Part shown: in pieces, positions 40,801-53,759 of the stretch | Position numbering within the stretch: the stretch's first letter is position 1 | Layout: every line of letters begins with the position of its first letter | Source of the DNA: Patellaria atrata CBS 101060 | Lineage: Eukaryota | Assembly: GCA_010093705.1 (NCBI GenBank) | Contig: MU006092.1 | Coordinates: 1,196,350 to 1,260,349, forward strand | Direction: 5' to 3' | DNA length: 64,000 nucleotides | Notes under the pieces: generated by a model | Database searches by the model: none | Told to the model about the DNA's origin: nothing | What the model saw: the letters and a program-made list of their open reading frames with translations, nothing else | Position numbers and translations under genes: made by a program

Positions 40801-43800
40801 AGCAACCACGAATTCTCTGAATTATTGCGCAAAGGAAATCAGATCAGACCAAATTCTGCGTAGGGTAGAATGAAAGATGAATTTTCTGAATGATAAAAGA
40901 GCTTCCTGCTGGAATATGAGCCATCCTATCATGTTTCCTGAACACGGTCTAGTACTCCTTTCATTGGCCTCGGATACAAGCTGGATGTTGAAAGGGGTAG
41001 TCGAGTTCACCTACTTCGGAACGATCGCTGTATTCACAAGAAGCAGCAACCCCACAATATTGCAGCAGAGTGGTTCAGAATTTCACAATCCGATTGCTCG
41101 TCATTCAACCTACATGCGTCGAACTCCTGAGAATAAGACCCAAGAAAACGTAATGCCGCGTCCATGGACCCCTCTCGAAAAGGAGCAGAAATTTCTCCCG
41201 AATCTAAGAGGTGACACATCTTCTAACCAAGTTCCGAAACGTTTCTAAATGTGTTGCGACAGAACTGCCCAATGAAGTTGCGTGGTTCAATAGACGATTC
41301 ATAGCCCGTACAATTAGCCCCATCGCTGATAGTTCCAAAGAAATCATCTGCAAATCCGATTTTCGGTATAGAGGGTTAGAGACGGAGCACAGTGTAGACA
41401 ACCTGCAATAAAATCCATATGGAAATCGACGGTTGGGGTGAACACCTTCAGTTCCAATTGATCTTTCTCGTGGAGGGCTCGATCCAGGCCAATTGTGAAC
41501 CAAATTCCCTCAATCATGGAAATTGTGGGAATTAGACACCTAGGGCCCGTCTGGATTGCCTATGTGACACTAATTGGGATGGGCTGTGAGGAAAATCTGG
41601 AGGAGTCCTACACCCCTAGATCAAAACCGACTCCATTTTCTGAGACAACTTCTATGTGTTGCGTGCGCATCTGCATCTCTTCTTGAGATGCATCCACTTC
41701 AGACGTACAGTTCAATAAGATGATTTACTAGCTCTTACAGAAGCATCTACATGAAACTTATATGATTTGGCACAGATTTATCTTGAGGTCTGTCATGATA
41801 AGGGTGTGTCCGAACGGGATATGACAAAGTCAAAGGCACAATAGCTTTATTTGATCATCCATCCGTACCGTACTACATTATAGATCTCTGGTAAAAGCCG
41901 GTAGTTAGTGAACCCCTAAAATGAGCACCATCCGAACGGAGATCCATGCCGTATTCACAGAGCTACCTTGATAGGCACCATAGGCTTTATCCAGATGCGC
42001 TTTGGCCCCGGGTATTCAATTTTTCTTAAGATCGAGTGAAAAGATTGTGTGAGCGCGTCGGACTTCATCACATGTAGAGAGGCGTTATCGTGTTCGAGTG
42101 ACTGAACTACCTATTTTTTGATAGTCATATCCAACATCAGGGGCTTCTCTTTTCGAGTGATCATCGACTTTTCAGTAGATAATATTCGTTGTTAGAGGCA
42201 TGGAGGGGAATGTTGTGATGAAAATACGAGCGAGTATCTGAGCTGCGGAGGTAAACGCTGCTAAAAAAAACCATCTCTTGGCGCGACGGATTATTAGACT
42301 TATATCCATTTACTAATAGGGTATTGGTGGAGCGTAAGACGTTACTCATCACTGGGCGTAAGTGGAATGTTCTCCGTATATCAATTTCTATTACCAGCCT
42401 TTCATATGTTAGTCATTGTACGGCTCCAGCAGCGTACTACTCTTGAACCCTCATATCCTATTGAAGGATAGTATAGACCGGCCGCACATTCTCCCTTCAT
42501 TTTAGCTCGTACACAAATATATACTACAAGAATCTTGGATTCTCGACCGCTTGCACCCTGTCCCAGGGCTCCCCTAGCGGCGGGAAACCCCACAACGCCA
42601 CTATCCACCCCCATATCCTAGCGCCAATTCCTTTTTGCTGAGGAGGAGGCGGCGGTGGACGAGGTGGTTGGGGAAACTTGAAGTCATCCATCCAACTCCT
42701 CTTGTCAAACGTCACCCTTTTTCTCTCAACCAACACATGCACTATGATATTCCTATGCGGTTGTGGATGTAGATTCCTGACATGCAGGTCCCAGTAATCG
42801 GAGGACGAGGGCGAAAGTGAAGGCTCCCGCGGAGGTTCCATCCAATCCAACTCCTCTGCAAGGCAGTAGTCCATAGCTGGCCCTGGGCCACCCGCCGCCG
42901 AGTTCCACACATCGTCATCATCATCCTATACCGCATAGTGTCAGTGATATTCACTTTCTTTCACTTATACAGATCAAACACTCGCGCCAAATACTGGGAT
43001 GTAGGTGGGAAGTAGGTCCCTTAATGAACGCTTTCGGATCTATGTGTTCCTGAAATTACCCGACATGAGATACACAGAGCACGAAGTAGTAGGTAGTGTT
43101 TGGATGACGTGAAAGGGTGATGTGAGAAACAGAAAAAGGAGATACTAACCGCAGGTCGCGGCCTCAATTCTATAGGAGGTGGCGCTGTGGAGAAGTCATA
43201 TATTAGCATATTCCACACCCCCAGCAGCGCAAGTTAACATAAGTACATCCGAAGTACTATTTTTTGCGTTCATACTAGTTCCATTGTTTTCTTGGGTAAA
43301 GTTACTCACTGATGCCACGAGGAATCTCTATCATCTCTGGAGGCTCAGATCTTGTTGTTCTTGTTCTACTATAGAATATTCAGTTAGCACGATTTTTCTC
43401 CTTGCGGCCCACACTTCTAATGTTAGAGATGCCCCGAAAGTCGTATTAAACCGTCCTTCATGTTGGAGCATGGAGTAAAATCAACCCGTTTAGTGGTGGT
43501 CTTGATTGTCCCGCCAGAAAGGCCGGAGCAACAAGGTTAAGGTTAGAAGTAGCACAACTAGGGAGGTAGAGACTTACTTCATGGTGAGAAATTTATCCAA
43601 AACCTTTCCAAAAAAAAATGTTTCGTAGGTGGAGGTTGGAGATGTTTTTCTTTGGCGAGCTTTGAAAAGCTGGACGTACTCAAAGGCATTGTATCACGCC
43701 CGCTACCCCATTCACTACCTCAAACAAAACAGATTCTTCACTAAGTTAAACTCGGTCCCTGTATACACTTCACGATGATATTTTCTTGCATTGAACCTGC

Positions 43801-43956
43801 TAAGTATATAGTAGTAACTGAGCTATTGGAAACTCAGTACAGATAATTGGTGACAGCAATTTTCCCCTATACCTTGCAGCGATTCTATAGATATTGACGC
43901 CTTATCTACCTACACAAAAGTGAAGAAGACCTACAATAACATTGTACCTCTACGTC

Positions 43957-43979
43957 TTTTTTTTTTTTTTAAATCCATG
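43957..43979 (-). mobile_element. 23-nt poly(A) retro-insertion (LINE tail only)
   Basis: Minus strand CATGGATTT + A14 resembles the LINE end AATGGATT-polyA at ~654-673; flanked by CATTGTACCTCTACGTC (43940-43956) and CATTGTACCTCTACATC (43980-43996). Confidence 0.7.
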
Positions 43980-44781
43980 CATTGTACCTCTACATCGAAT
44001 ACGCCTCAAATAAATAAGATCTTCTATTTCCTAAAAGAACTCGCAAATCCACTGACCAGTACTTCAATGCAAGGTCAACTTTTAACTTACTAGACAACGC
44101 TCATGAATTTCTAGCGTAATAAACTTACTATGCAATACTTAACTCTTCCCCCTTTTCCCTAGACCTAAAGTGTAGGGCGGAACCCGAGTCACACGCCTCA
44201 TAGTAATAATTTGAAGTTCTAGGTACTTTTATTGCTCGTATTTCTTTCTACTTCTACATTTTTGCCACAGAATGGTCTGGCAAGCTGATCACTTCGTGGG
44301 TAGCGAGTCAATACTCGAGCGCAAGTGCAGATCTGTCCACCAAATTTCAACGTAAGAATATAAACAGGATATAAACAGTACATAGATCCGAGCTCAAGGA
44401 GTATAAAGGTCAATAGATGTATAATCAGTGTCCCGAGTTGAAGCATATAGATTTGAGTAGTAACATTACACTATAGAGATTGACTACTATAGCCTTTCAA
44501 ACCCCTAAATTTATGGCTTCGAACCCTCTTTCCCTTCTTTCTTTCCCGTTTTACCTTATTCATTTCGATCAATTTGGTTTATATGCGCCTTTTATTTATG
44601 ATCTCTGTTTTTGTACTTAATAGGGGCTAAACAGGAAGGTTGATTTAAGCTCTATGGGGACGGGTCGGTCCGAGTTTAGTAAAAGATAAGGTTAGCCCTT
44701 ACCTTATCCTGCTATTATAACAGACCCACAATAAAATAAATACTCTAAGCTGTCCTTATAAAACGCAACTTAAACCCGGCC

Positions 44782-44951
44782 AAAAAAAATAAAAAAAAAA
44801 AAAAATTAAAAACAGTTCCCACCGCCTCCGTAGAGATGTTAGTGGTACATCTGCCGGCCCCTCCGACGGGGCCGAGGATCGAACCCAGGACGTGATGGTG
44901 ACTCGGCCTGGTCCGTGTGGTGGGGATATCCCACCACTAGGCCACGGGTCC
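44782..44951 (-). ncRNA. Structured Pol III-type transcription unit (candidate ncRNA or SINE)
   Basis: Minus strand starts GGACCCG-TGGCCTAGTGG (A box), contains GGTTCGATCC (B box) and three hairpins, ends in T5 and a long T tract; GC-rich island in AT-rich DNA. Confidence 0.55.
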
Positions 44952-45508
44952 TGGGTTATGGAAAGAATGCGTGTGTGAGTTGTATTTATGGTGCAGGAGG
45001 GTTCGGTGAATTTGGTCATGGGATTTAGCGAATAGGTGTTGAGGTCACAACTAAAGATGAGAAATGTTTCGCCTTGGGCTACAGTTACAGCAAGGGCGAG
45101 GTATAAGTCGGAACAACCTTGGATCACTGAAAACCTCTTAGAGGATATAAGTGTAACTGACTCTAAGCAATCATTAGAATAATAAGATTTCTTTTTAATC
45201 CTACAAATCACATAGAACGATATTAACTTGTACCACTGGACGTGCCGTTGAATGAATAATTGAAGAGCAATATTCAAAATGAATTTACATTATTGAAGAA
45301 CTAGTAAGCTTATGTTAAGTATGAGAATTATGGAAGGTCCTATTCCAGACTTATGTACAATCTGCATCCCTGACATACCAAACTTGCTTTCCTGCTACCA
45401 TACAAGGAATGAGAGGAAAAACCAAGGTATACGAACCTCCTGTCCGAGACACCCATGCTAATGGTGCCGCCAAAAACTTTGTTATCATACAATTTCCCAC
45501 GAACAAGC

Positions 45509-46605
45509 CTACTTCCTCCGCGAGTTTTGCATAGCTAGGATCTGCACCATACGGATAAAGATATTGATGAAGTCAAGCTCAAGACTAATGCTCTCATTGA
45601 CAGGGTCCCTTTTCATCAACCCTCGCTCACTCATTCTTGCGTGGTGGAGAACCTTCTGAACGTCATATAGTGTGAATCCACCGAAAACAGCTAGACCACC
45701 ATATAACCAGATCTTCTCGCTCCACATGAGGGTCCTTGCTGCTGTTGCGGGGATAACCATAGGGGCAAGACCAGAAAGAGCAACTATGGCGACACCTGCA
45801 AGAAGGGGGCCACCAAGGTAAAGGTATTTCTCTTGCTTAGCGGTAGCACCGACGAATGCGATGGAGCCCATCATGCCCACGGTATAAAGACCAGCACGAG
45901 CGAGAATGGCGGGGTGGTAGAACATGAGTGGCGAGAGCAATGCAGCCTGGGTCAAGTTGAAAGCTCCCCAAAGAGTATATTTCTGCACGTAACTGTTACG
46001 CAAGCAGTTAGTATCCCGACGGACGAAAGATGATAGGAAGCGGGATAGTGGACTTACTTCTCAGGAGCTGTCGCCATAGCACCGTACATAGTTCCGATAG
46101 ATCCGACAAGTCCGATTCCGAGAACAGCCCACGGGTTTGCAGCCATCAATCTATAACTCCAGCCATTCATGTGTAATGCACGAGCTGCAACACCTATGAT
46201 TCCGATACCCAGGCCAGTATGCAAAAACGTCTCATTAAGATAACTCCTCTCGTATGGTGGCATTCCTCCATCTTCTCTTGTCTCCCGGTTGAATATCAAG
46301 TTGATGGCAATGAGTGTCCCGCCGAAGATAGCTCCGCCATAGATCAGTCTCTGGGTCAAGTTTCCTTCGTTTAGGGTCGGTTGAAACGCGGTCTGCTGGT
46401 ATGAACGGCGGAATGTTGATTGAAAAGCATTTCGAGATTGTGCAAACAGAGATACCGGCCCTGTCGATTTTGTAGAAGTGAAAAAGGTATTCCTGGATGC
46501 TTGCAGTGGCGTATTATGGAAAGCTCGGATGGTGGTTGACGAAGCTTTAGGGACCTGTCTGAGTGCTGCTGTTATCGCAAATGGTCTCTGAAACACTGAA
46601 GCCAT
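45509..46605 (-). CDS. GHITM/MICS1-like mitochondrial Bax inhibitor-1 family protein (intron ~46057-45995)
   Basis: Presequence-like MASVFQRPF..., multiple TM segments, YGGLAVFGGFTLYDVQK, DPVNESISLELDFINIFIR. Confidence 0.92.
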
Positions 46606-47795
46606 GATGACTTTGGCCGCTATCTCATGAAGTTTGGTGAAGAAAGAAAATGTCCAAAAAGATGCTTGTCCAAAGGAAACGTTAAGGATGCAGGTAGATG
46701 ACGTTAAGAAGAGCAATGTGGCTAAGCTAAAAACGGCATCGGCGAAATTTCTAGAATCCGACCCCCTCAACCCCAGGTTTTGACTTTCTACAGCAAGTCT
46801 GTGTGTATTGAAACACGGAATATACACACGATTGCCCATTCAGTCATTTTCAAGGTCATCTCATCTGATCCTTGTCCTTCCCCTTCACCATAAAACTGTT
46901 TCTCCCGCTCAAGTCTTGCACTTGAACCTCTTAAACGCGTTTCGGTCCAAAGATGGATGATATATTCATTGCTCGCGACCTCATAATGCTCGACTTACCA
47001 GAGTGGTATGAGCTCTAACGTATAAGGAGCGATCTAAGAGCACACACATATAGCTAGCGCGTTGCACACAAGGCCACAGCCTAGCTCATTGTTGCGACGA
47101 CGTTCAAAGTTTCATGTCCTTACACCCGATTGAACTCCTCAATACGTATTTTATGAGAAGGCCTGATTTACTGAATACCCAGTAGAAGCATGTACGGTTT
47201 TCTGCCGCGCAGGTACTCTGCTGTACCGAGAGCAAACAAGAGCTTTAGCTCCTATTCAGGTCTTTCCGCTTACCACAAGCTCTACACCTTTCCGTAATCA
47301 GTATGAGCTTCTTCAACGATATCTATTCACCTCTGGACTTCTAGTATTCTCACTACGTTTTCACTTCCCCAGCATAGTTGAGGTAATGGTCATGAAAGCC
47401 CCTACCCTACTTGCTCTTTTATCGTCCAACGTAGTATGTTAAGCACTTTGTTTGATTCTGTTACACTTATAATTAGTTTCCCGGTAACCCTTTAAAAGTC
47501 TGGAGATGCATACCGAACGGGTTTCAGCCTCAACGCTCTGGAGAGTCAAAGCGCTCTCACGCATGGCCTATGTAAATTCCCCCCTATTTCGAGAATATGT
47601 ACATTGTCTTGCTATGTAATTGATAGGTATGTGTCTACATCCTTTTACTTACTAACTTTCTTGGCGGTTCCAAATGTTTCCTTGCTTGGATACGCATATC
47701 AAAAGACCCTATTCTTTCCTCATGGGATATATCTATAAGCTTGCTCCAAGGTTCACCCGCATTTTTCACAAAGCACCTATATTCCTAAGTATATT

Positions 47796-50071
47796 TTGTT
47801 CCCCTGCAAATTATCCTTTACGGAAGCCAATATTACGCTTGAGAGTTACTCTTCTATCGATTGGTTCCCACCGGAACCAACACCCAAGGCTCGACAAACT
47901 AGCGCCCCTGATACCTATCGTAAACATGCCAGATCAATCGAGAAACGCGAATCGACCGATTCTCATCTCTTTGATGCAGCTCGTAAGAGCAAAAATCTTT
48001 ACTCATATTCAAACCTAACAGAAGATGAAATACGACTCTTAGCAATAGCACCGGGGAATTACGATTCTCCTATTGAGTGCACTGTCTCTCTCTATCGTCT
48101 TAGCGATGTTAAAGATCGTTACGAAGCACTATCATATTACTAGGGTGAATAGGTTGCTTTTGAAGAGATCAAGCTTCGCGATTATGCTCAGCGTCGTGAT
48201 AAGAATTTGAAAAACATGAAGAACGCTGTCTCTCGGTTATTTGGTGGATGTTTACATTAGGAAAAATCTCTCTCAAGCAATACGTAAGCTTCGAAGGAAA
48301 GAAGTGTCTATAACAATGTGGATCGACGCGATATGCATCAACCAAGAAAACAAAACGGAAAGGACCAACAAGTAGCCCGAATGCCGCAGATATACAGTTC
48401 TACAAAACAAGTTACCATTTGGCTCGGGGAGGAAGAAAACAATAGCCAAAGCTATGGAATTTAACCCGTGTCTTCTCGACCTCCATCAGTTGGATGGCCT
48501 TACTAAAGACATCCAAGCTGCTTTAGGGTGGAAAGCGCTCGCCGATTTGATGACGCGAAAGTGGTTCTCACGTCGATGGATCGTTCAAGAACTTTGGCTT
48601 GTTAAGACTGCTTTCGTGCAGTGTGGCAATAAAACTCTACATTGGGATGACTTTTCAGACGCGATTGGCTTATTTATGATAGTTTCGAGACTATCAAAAA
48701 TGAAGTCTTTGCGAAAGCAGTACAAAGCAGATATCATCGGGATGCAGCTATGGACATTGACGCACTTGGTGCCAGTGTTTTAGTCAAGGCGACAAGAAAC
48801 CTCTCCAGGAAGTCAGAAAACGGAGAGATACTCGTATATATCAGCACTCTGGAAACCCTCGTGTCCGCCCTTCAGTTTTTCGAAGCGTCAGATCCCCGTG
48901 ACATCGTCTATGGCGTTCTAGCTATTGCCTCGGATACCGGTTACTTGCGCCGTCCGAATCCTACAGTTGGTCATTCCCTGTGGCCGAGTCCATTATTCCA
49001 GATTACTGCAGATTATGGTGAAGATGTTACGGAGGTGTTTATCGACTTCCCGCGGTTCTGTATCGAGCGCTCTGGGTCTTTGGATATCATCTGTCAACAT
49101 TAGGCTCCTAGTTCTGATCAAGCAGCCAGAGCTACATATGACCTGCTATCTTGGATTGGCCGGTTGGAAGATTGTCCATACGGCAAATCCGGAGATGCTC
49201 TAGTGGGCCGGCAAAACGGAGACAGTTTGGCTGGATCATCCTTACGAAATTGTCGCAAGATTTATGATGTATCAAAGGGAAGGGTCGCCGACTGGAAGTT
49301 TGGTGAAAGGGGTAACGGCCATGTGAGCGGCTTGTTCGACACAGGAGGAGGGTTCAGACTCGATCCTTACATGCTAAACCCAGGTATAAGCTCGAAACGA
49401 AGGAAATTATCAGGATATGGTACCCTCTACGACGGCTCCCTCAAGGTAAGAGGGCTCACTCTAGGTACTATCGATTCAGTGTCCGCCCGTGTCGCTCGCG
49501 GAGTCATTCACAAAGAAGCCCTCGAAATGGTCGGTTGGTACGCAGAACATCCGCTAGACAAAGTACCCGATAAACTATGGCGAACATTAGTTGCTGACAG
49601 AGACCCCAAAGGGGACAACCCACCGAGTTGGTATTCTAGAGTATGTCTGTTTGCATTCAAAGAGTGCTCCTCGCCTGGTGGTGATGTTTCCGTGGATTTA
49701 GAGCGTAAGGACCGGTCCAAAAATGTTCACGAGTTTATGCAGCGGGTGAAGAGCGTAGTATGGAACCGCACTTTCTTCCTGGCCGGCGTGGATAACGAGC
49801 TCTATGGACTAGCTCTAGCGAAGGCCGAAGAAGAGGACTTGGTCTGTATCCTTCTCGGTTGGAGCGTTTCAGTCATTTTACGAGAGCACCGTGATTACAA
49901 AGACCCTTGGTACGATTTTGTTGGAGGTACTTGTCAAAAAATCAGCGGCCCCTCTCTCAGCCTTTTCTCCCAACTGATTACATTCTAGAAGCTTATGTAC
50001 ATGGTAAGATGGACGGTGAAGCAATGACCGAGACTTCATACCAATCCGAGGGTTGGTTTACCCTACGCTAA
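47796..50071 (+). pseudogene. HET-domain (HET-6-like) heterokaryon incompatibility protein pseudogene
   Basis: IRLLAIAPG, YEALSYY*G (TAG at 48141 where W is expected), WIDAICINQ, WFSRRWIVQE, ASDPRDIVYGVL, AYVHGKMDGE; several stops and frameshifts; intron ~49928-49988; 5' boundary approximate. Confidence 0.85.
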
Positions 50072-52084
50072 GAGCCTCGAGCGTAGCAACGTGTGAGGCG
50101 CCCAGGATGCGTCGAAGGTTTGCAGAGTCATTGCTCACTTGAACCTATCGCTGCACTTTTTTACTCTTATTTAATCATCATGGTCAAACTTACGGATCAT
50201 CTATGCATTATTTCTTTCGGTCCGTCCCTGTAGACTTTTTCAACCATTTGTCCAATATCAATTAGATCCTTTACGGTAACCCTTTCGGTCAAGATTGCGT
50301 GGATTATATGTTATTGGGTGAGATGCTGTACTTATGTTGCGATTAAAACAAAGCTGTTCTATACCGACTTACGCTATCCTTCTGTTTCTCAGGACCATTG
50401 ACGACGAATAGGACTTGAGTTCAGCAAATGCACGAATGCGTAGTTTTAACATGAGTATGACACACAAAACATCACCAACTTCCTCGAACCAATGGTTTAC
50501 AAACATGATCTCTGTTCGCCCACTTCGCGCCAGTGTTATCCCAGAAGAAATGAACTGACCTAACACAGCAATCAATGTACTGTGCAGCATTCAACCACAT
50601 CCAGCCATTGACGGAAAACAAGTTCCCGCAGAACGTTTCTCGGGACGGGTCAATCATTACTAAACTGATATTCGAGCTGGGCCCCTGCAGTCAGCGCGAA
50701 GCTCACACGAGAGGTTTTGTCTTTCCCTCGCAAGGTTGAAAACGCCACTGTGTAATTTCCGCCAATTCAGATTTTAGCCTCTTACCCTTCCTCCTATCCT
50801 CTGTTGTACGCGGATGGGGTTACTGATTCATTGATCATAGATTACGTTTGTCCCTCCCCACGTTCAATCTTTCACCTTCAACCGCTGAACACCCCTTACT
50901 GAACACTCCTCACTCACAGCACTACCTCACCACAATGCTCCCTTTCACAGTACTCTTTGGCCCCCTGCGTGCTCTTTGAAGCAGCAGCAGCAATACGTAT
51001 ATAACGGAAAAAGCTTCTTCAATATGTATCCATTTGGAGGCACACTGTAATAATGGGTCTGATGGAATTTCGAAAAAGGTAAAGATCCACAACTCAACAT
51101 ATGTGGACAGAAGTAATTTTTCCTAGAATATGACAATTAGAAAGGAAACGTTAATAGAACGTCTCAAGATTGGAAGGTAGAGTGAACAGAATCTGGAGAT
51201 AAAGCAATTAGTAAAGAGTGAAAAGTGTGTTCATGAGTGAACCGTTACATCCCTATGGATGGTTATGTTATTTCAGAAATGGTATGTAGACACGCTTCAG
51301 GGCTTGTCACGCTTGAGATGCTCAGCCCTTCTGATACTCGTTCGATGTGTGGTTGCTGTATATAGACTGTCTTGGATCCAACTGATTGAGTTTTCAGATT
51401 CCATACCTCTCACTATCAGTATTTCGGTAACTTCTAGGACGGGCTCTCTCTTTCTCGCTCAAAGTTTCGGCTTTCTTGCTGCTCGCAGGTTCAATGTGTG
51501 TAAGCCGAAAGACGGTTGATATTCGTAGATTAATACTGGGTGGAACCATCTATTAACCTTGATAGGTCACTAACTACTTGGTCGTTTATCAAAACCAACG
51601 TCATACTTAATGTTCAAGTCTACAATTGTACATTTCCCTGCGAGATTGAGAAATCGGTTAGATAGATCCCGTACCTAGATGTGAAGTGGGACAGTGCTGG
51701 AGCACTGATTGATCGAGAACCGAATCCTCGAGTTCCTCTCATGGATTGATTATGAGACAATATTGCATGCTCCGACGTACTGTACAGAAAGGGGAAAGAT
51801 ATTCAACTCCTCGTTGAAAGATATCACGATCTGATAAGATGAATCAATTGTAACTGCGAACTAACTTTAGAGGAATACTACAAAGTAAGGTATCCTTGAC
51901 TGATTTAAAGCCGTAGTCCAGGCAGAGATCCCGAGATCCGTCCCGAGCCCCGAGTGCTTCAAAATTAAAGCCGAGAGTAAATCCGAACTCGGACTTCTGC
52001 CCGCCATCCCCATACTGCAAACGCGATTGAAAAGGTAAATGCTGGGATCAGGAGAAAGGTATAAAGTGGAGGTGAACCACACCC

Positions 52085-52147
52085 TTCTGACTCAGACTTG
52101 CATTTCAATATTTTTTGGGAGCGGAGAAAGGAGATTCTGACTCAGAC
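52085..52147. promoter_or_regulatory. Two TGACTCA (Gcn4/CpcA/AP-1-type) sites upstream of the O-methyltransferase
   Basis: TTCTGACTCAGAC repeated at 52085-52097 and 52135-52147; TATA-like GATATAAAG at ~52192. Confidence 0.55.
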
Positions 52148-52258
52148 CCGTAACTCAACGTCTGCTTACCCGTTCTTTGGGAAGAAAAAGTGATATAAAG
52201 CGTATCAACCCCTCAATATACTTGTGGATTAGCAATTGAAAATTCAAATCGTATCATC

Positions 52259-52984
52259 ATGTCAGTCCCAAATGCATTCTACGACGGCTCCAACGAGCAG
52301 GACGAGCGCTGGACGGCCGTCGACGCATACGCTCTCGAGCATCTCCATCCTCCCAGCCGCCCGAACCACGAAACTCTTGTCAATACGCTCAAGCGCTCAG
52401 ATGCTAACGGTCTGGACAACATTGCCGCCCACCCGACTATGGCAAAGTACCTTGCCCTCCAATGTCGCATTGCTAAGGTAGAGCATGCCCTTGAAGTCGG
52501 AACTCTTGGGGGCTACACAGCAATCTGGATAGCGAGCGAAAACCCCAAACTCCATCTCACATCCATCGAGTGCGATACACATAGCGCTAAGGTGGCCCGC
52601 GAGAACATCGAGAAAGCGGGATTGACGGATCGGATTGAGGTTGTGGAGGGAGTAGCCCTGGAGGTTCTCCCAAAGCTTGTTGCTGACGTCAAGGCCAGCA
52701 AGAGAGCTCCGTACGGCTTTGCGTTCATAGATGCTGATAAGCAGAACAATTGGCCCTATGTTCAGAATATCTTGAAGATGAGTCAGTCGGGAACTATCAT
52801 TGTCGTCGACAACGTCGTTCGCCGTGCAGAACTTGTCCTGCCGCAGTTTCAGCACGACACGAGAGTTATAGGGTCGAGGCAAGTCGTTGAAGAAATCGGA
52901 AAACTAGAAAACGTCGATGCGACTCTAATACAGACCGTCAGTGAGAAGGATTATGATGGGTTTCTCCTTGCAGTGGTCCAATAG
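52259..52984 (+). CDS. SAM-dependent O-methyltransferase, family 3 (catechol/caffeoyl-CoA OMT-like)
   Basis: Intronless 241 aa; LEVGTLGGYTAIW, FIDADKQNN, IVVDNVVR. Confidence 0.92.
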   Translation: MSVPNAFYDGSNEQDERWTAVDAYALEHLHPPSRPNHETLVNTLKRSDANGLDNIAAHPTMAKYLALQCRIAKVEHALEVGTLGGYTAIWIASENPKLHLTSIECDTHSAKVARENIEKAGLTDRIEVVEGVALEVLPKLVADVKASKRAPYGFAFIDADKQNNWPYVQNILKMSQSGTIIVVDNVVRRAELVLPQFQHDTRVIGSRQVVEEIGKLENVDATLIQTVSEKDYDGFLLAVVQ

Positions 52985-53759
52985 GATCCCGACCTACAGC
53001 AGCGGCTGAAATGATGGTCGCGCATGGAGCACGATAAGTTACGTGGTGGATTCGCAGTCATTTGTATAGATTGATGATTGCCCAAAGAGGCCATTCGTTC
53101 GGGTTGGCACGGATAACCCTGTACGTAGAGAAAAGGAACGAAAAATTCTATACATTAGCAACAATCCATAACTCTCGTCTTAGTATTGGCCTAAATCTTG
53201 AGTGCAAAGAGAAGTGTTCTGTGAATTAGCTTGACTAGAAACGATTCAAGGACTTCTAATATACTCGCATTGTCTACATTGCAAAACATGAAGGAAAATA
53301 GACCAATCAGTGAGAGAACAGCCTCTGGTAAGGGACTTGTCTACGCACATCTAGTGAACGAGTTAGATGTTTCCCCGTAATAGGCTAGAGAGACATGGTT
53401 GGCACTGAGGTTTGGAAATTTGTAGCTTTGACTGACATTATTTCTTCAAATTCTCACATGTCTCCACCTTGAAAGACAAATCAATCAACACGTCACTTTT
53501 ACAATTTCCTGTGACTCAACGTCAGCATTGGATATGACTGACTGAGTAGTATGAGAGACATACGACCTGATGGTGAAAAAGCCAGCCTGCCCTGGACTCA
53601 AGGCAAACCAGCATACATTTGATGCTAGCTCTCGTTATTCTAACTCTGGATCCGTAGAGCTGGTGAAGTGAATGCTTTATTAATGCCTTGCGACTCTTAG
53701 GTATGCTGCTGCTCGCTTCGAAGCTATCGAAAATCCTTGGTCTTCAGTACCTCCCCTCA

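Noticed and set aside
42524..42910. Pro-rich 128-aa minus-strand ORF
   Set aside because: Looks protein-like, but no ATG or convincing upstream exon and no family assignment
44171..44730. Possible solo LTR (TGTAGGG...CCCACA), TpA-rich
   Set aside because: Flanks TAAAG / ATAAA do not form a TSD and there is no second copy in the window
46606..46839. 78-codon in-frame N-terminal extension of the GHITM ORF
   Set aside because: The presequence-like segment begins at the ATG at 46605; the extension looks like open 5' UTR
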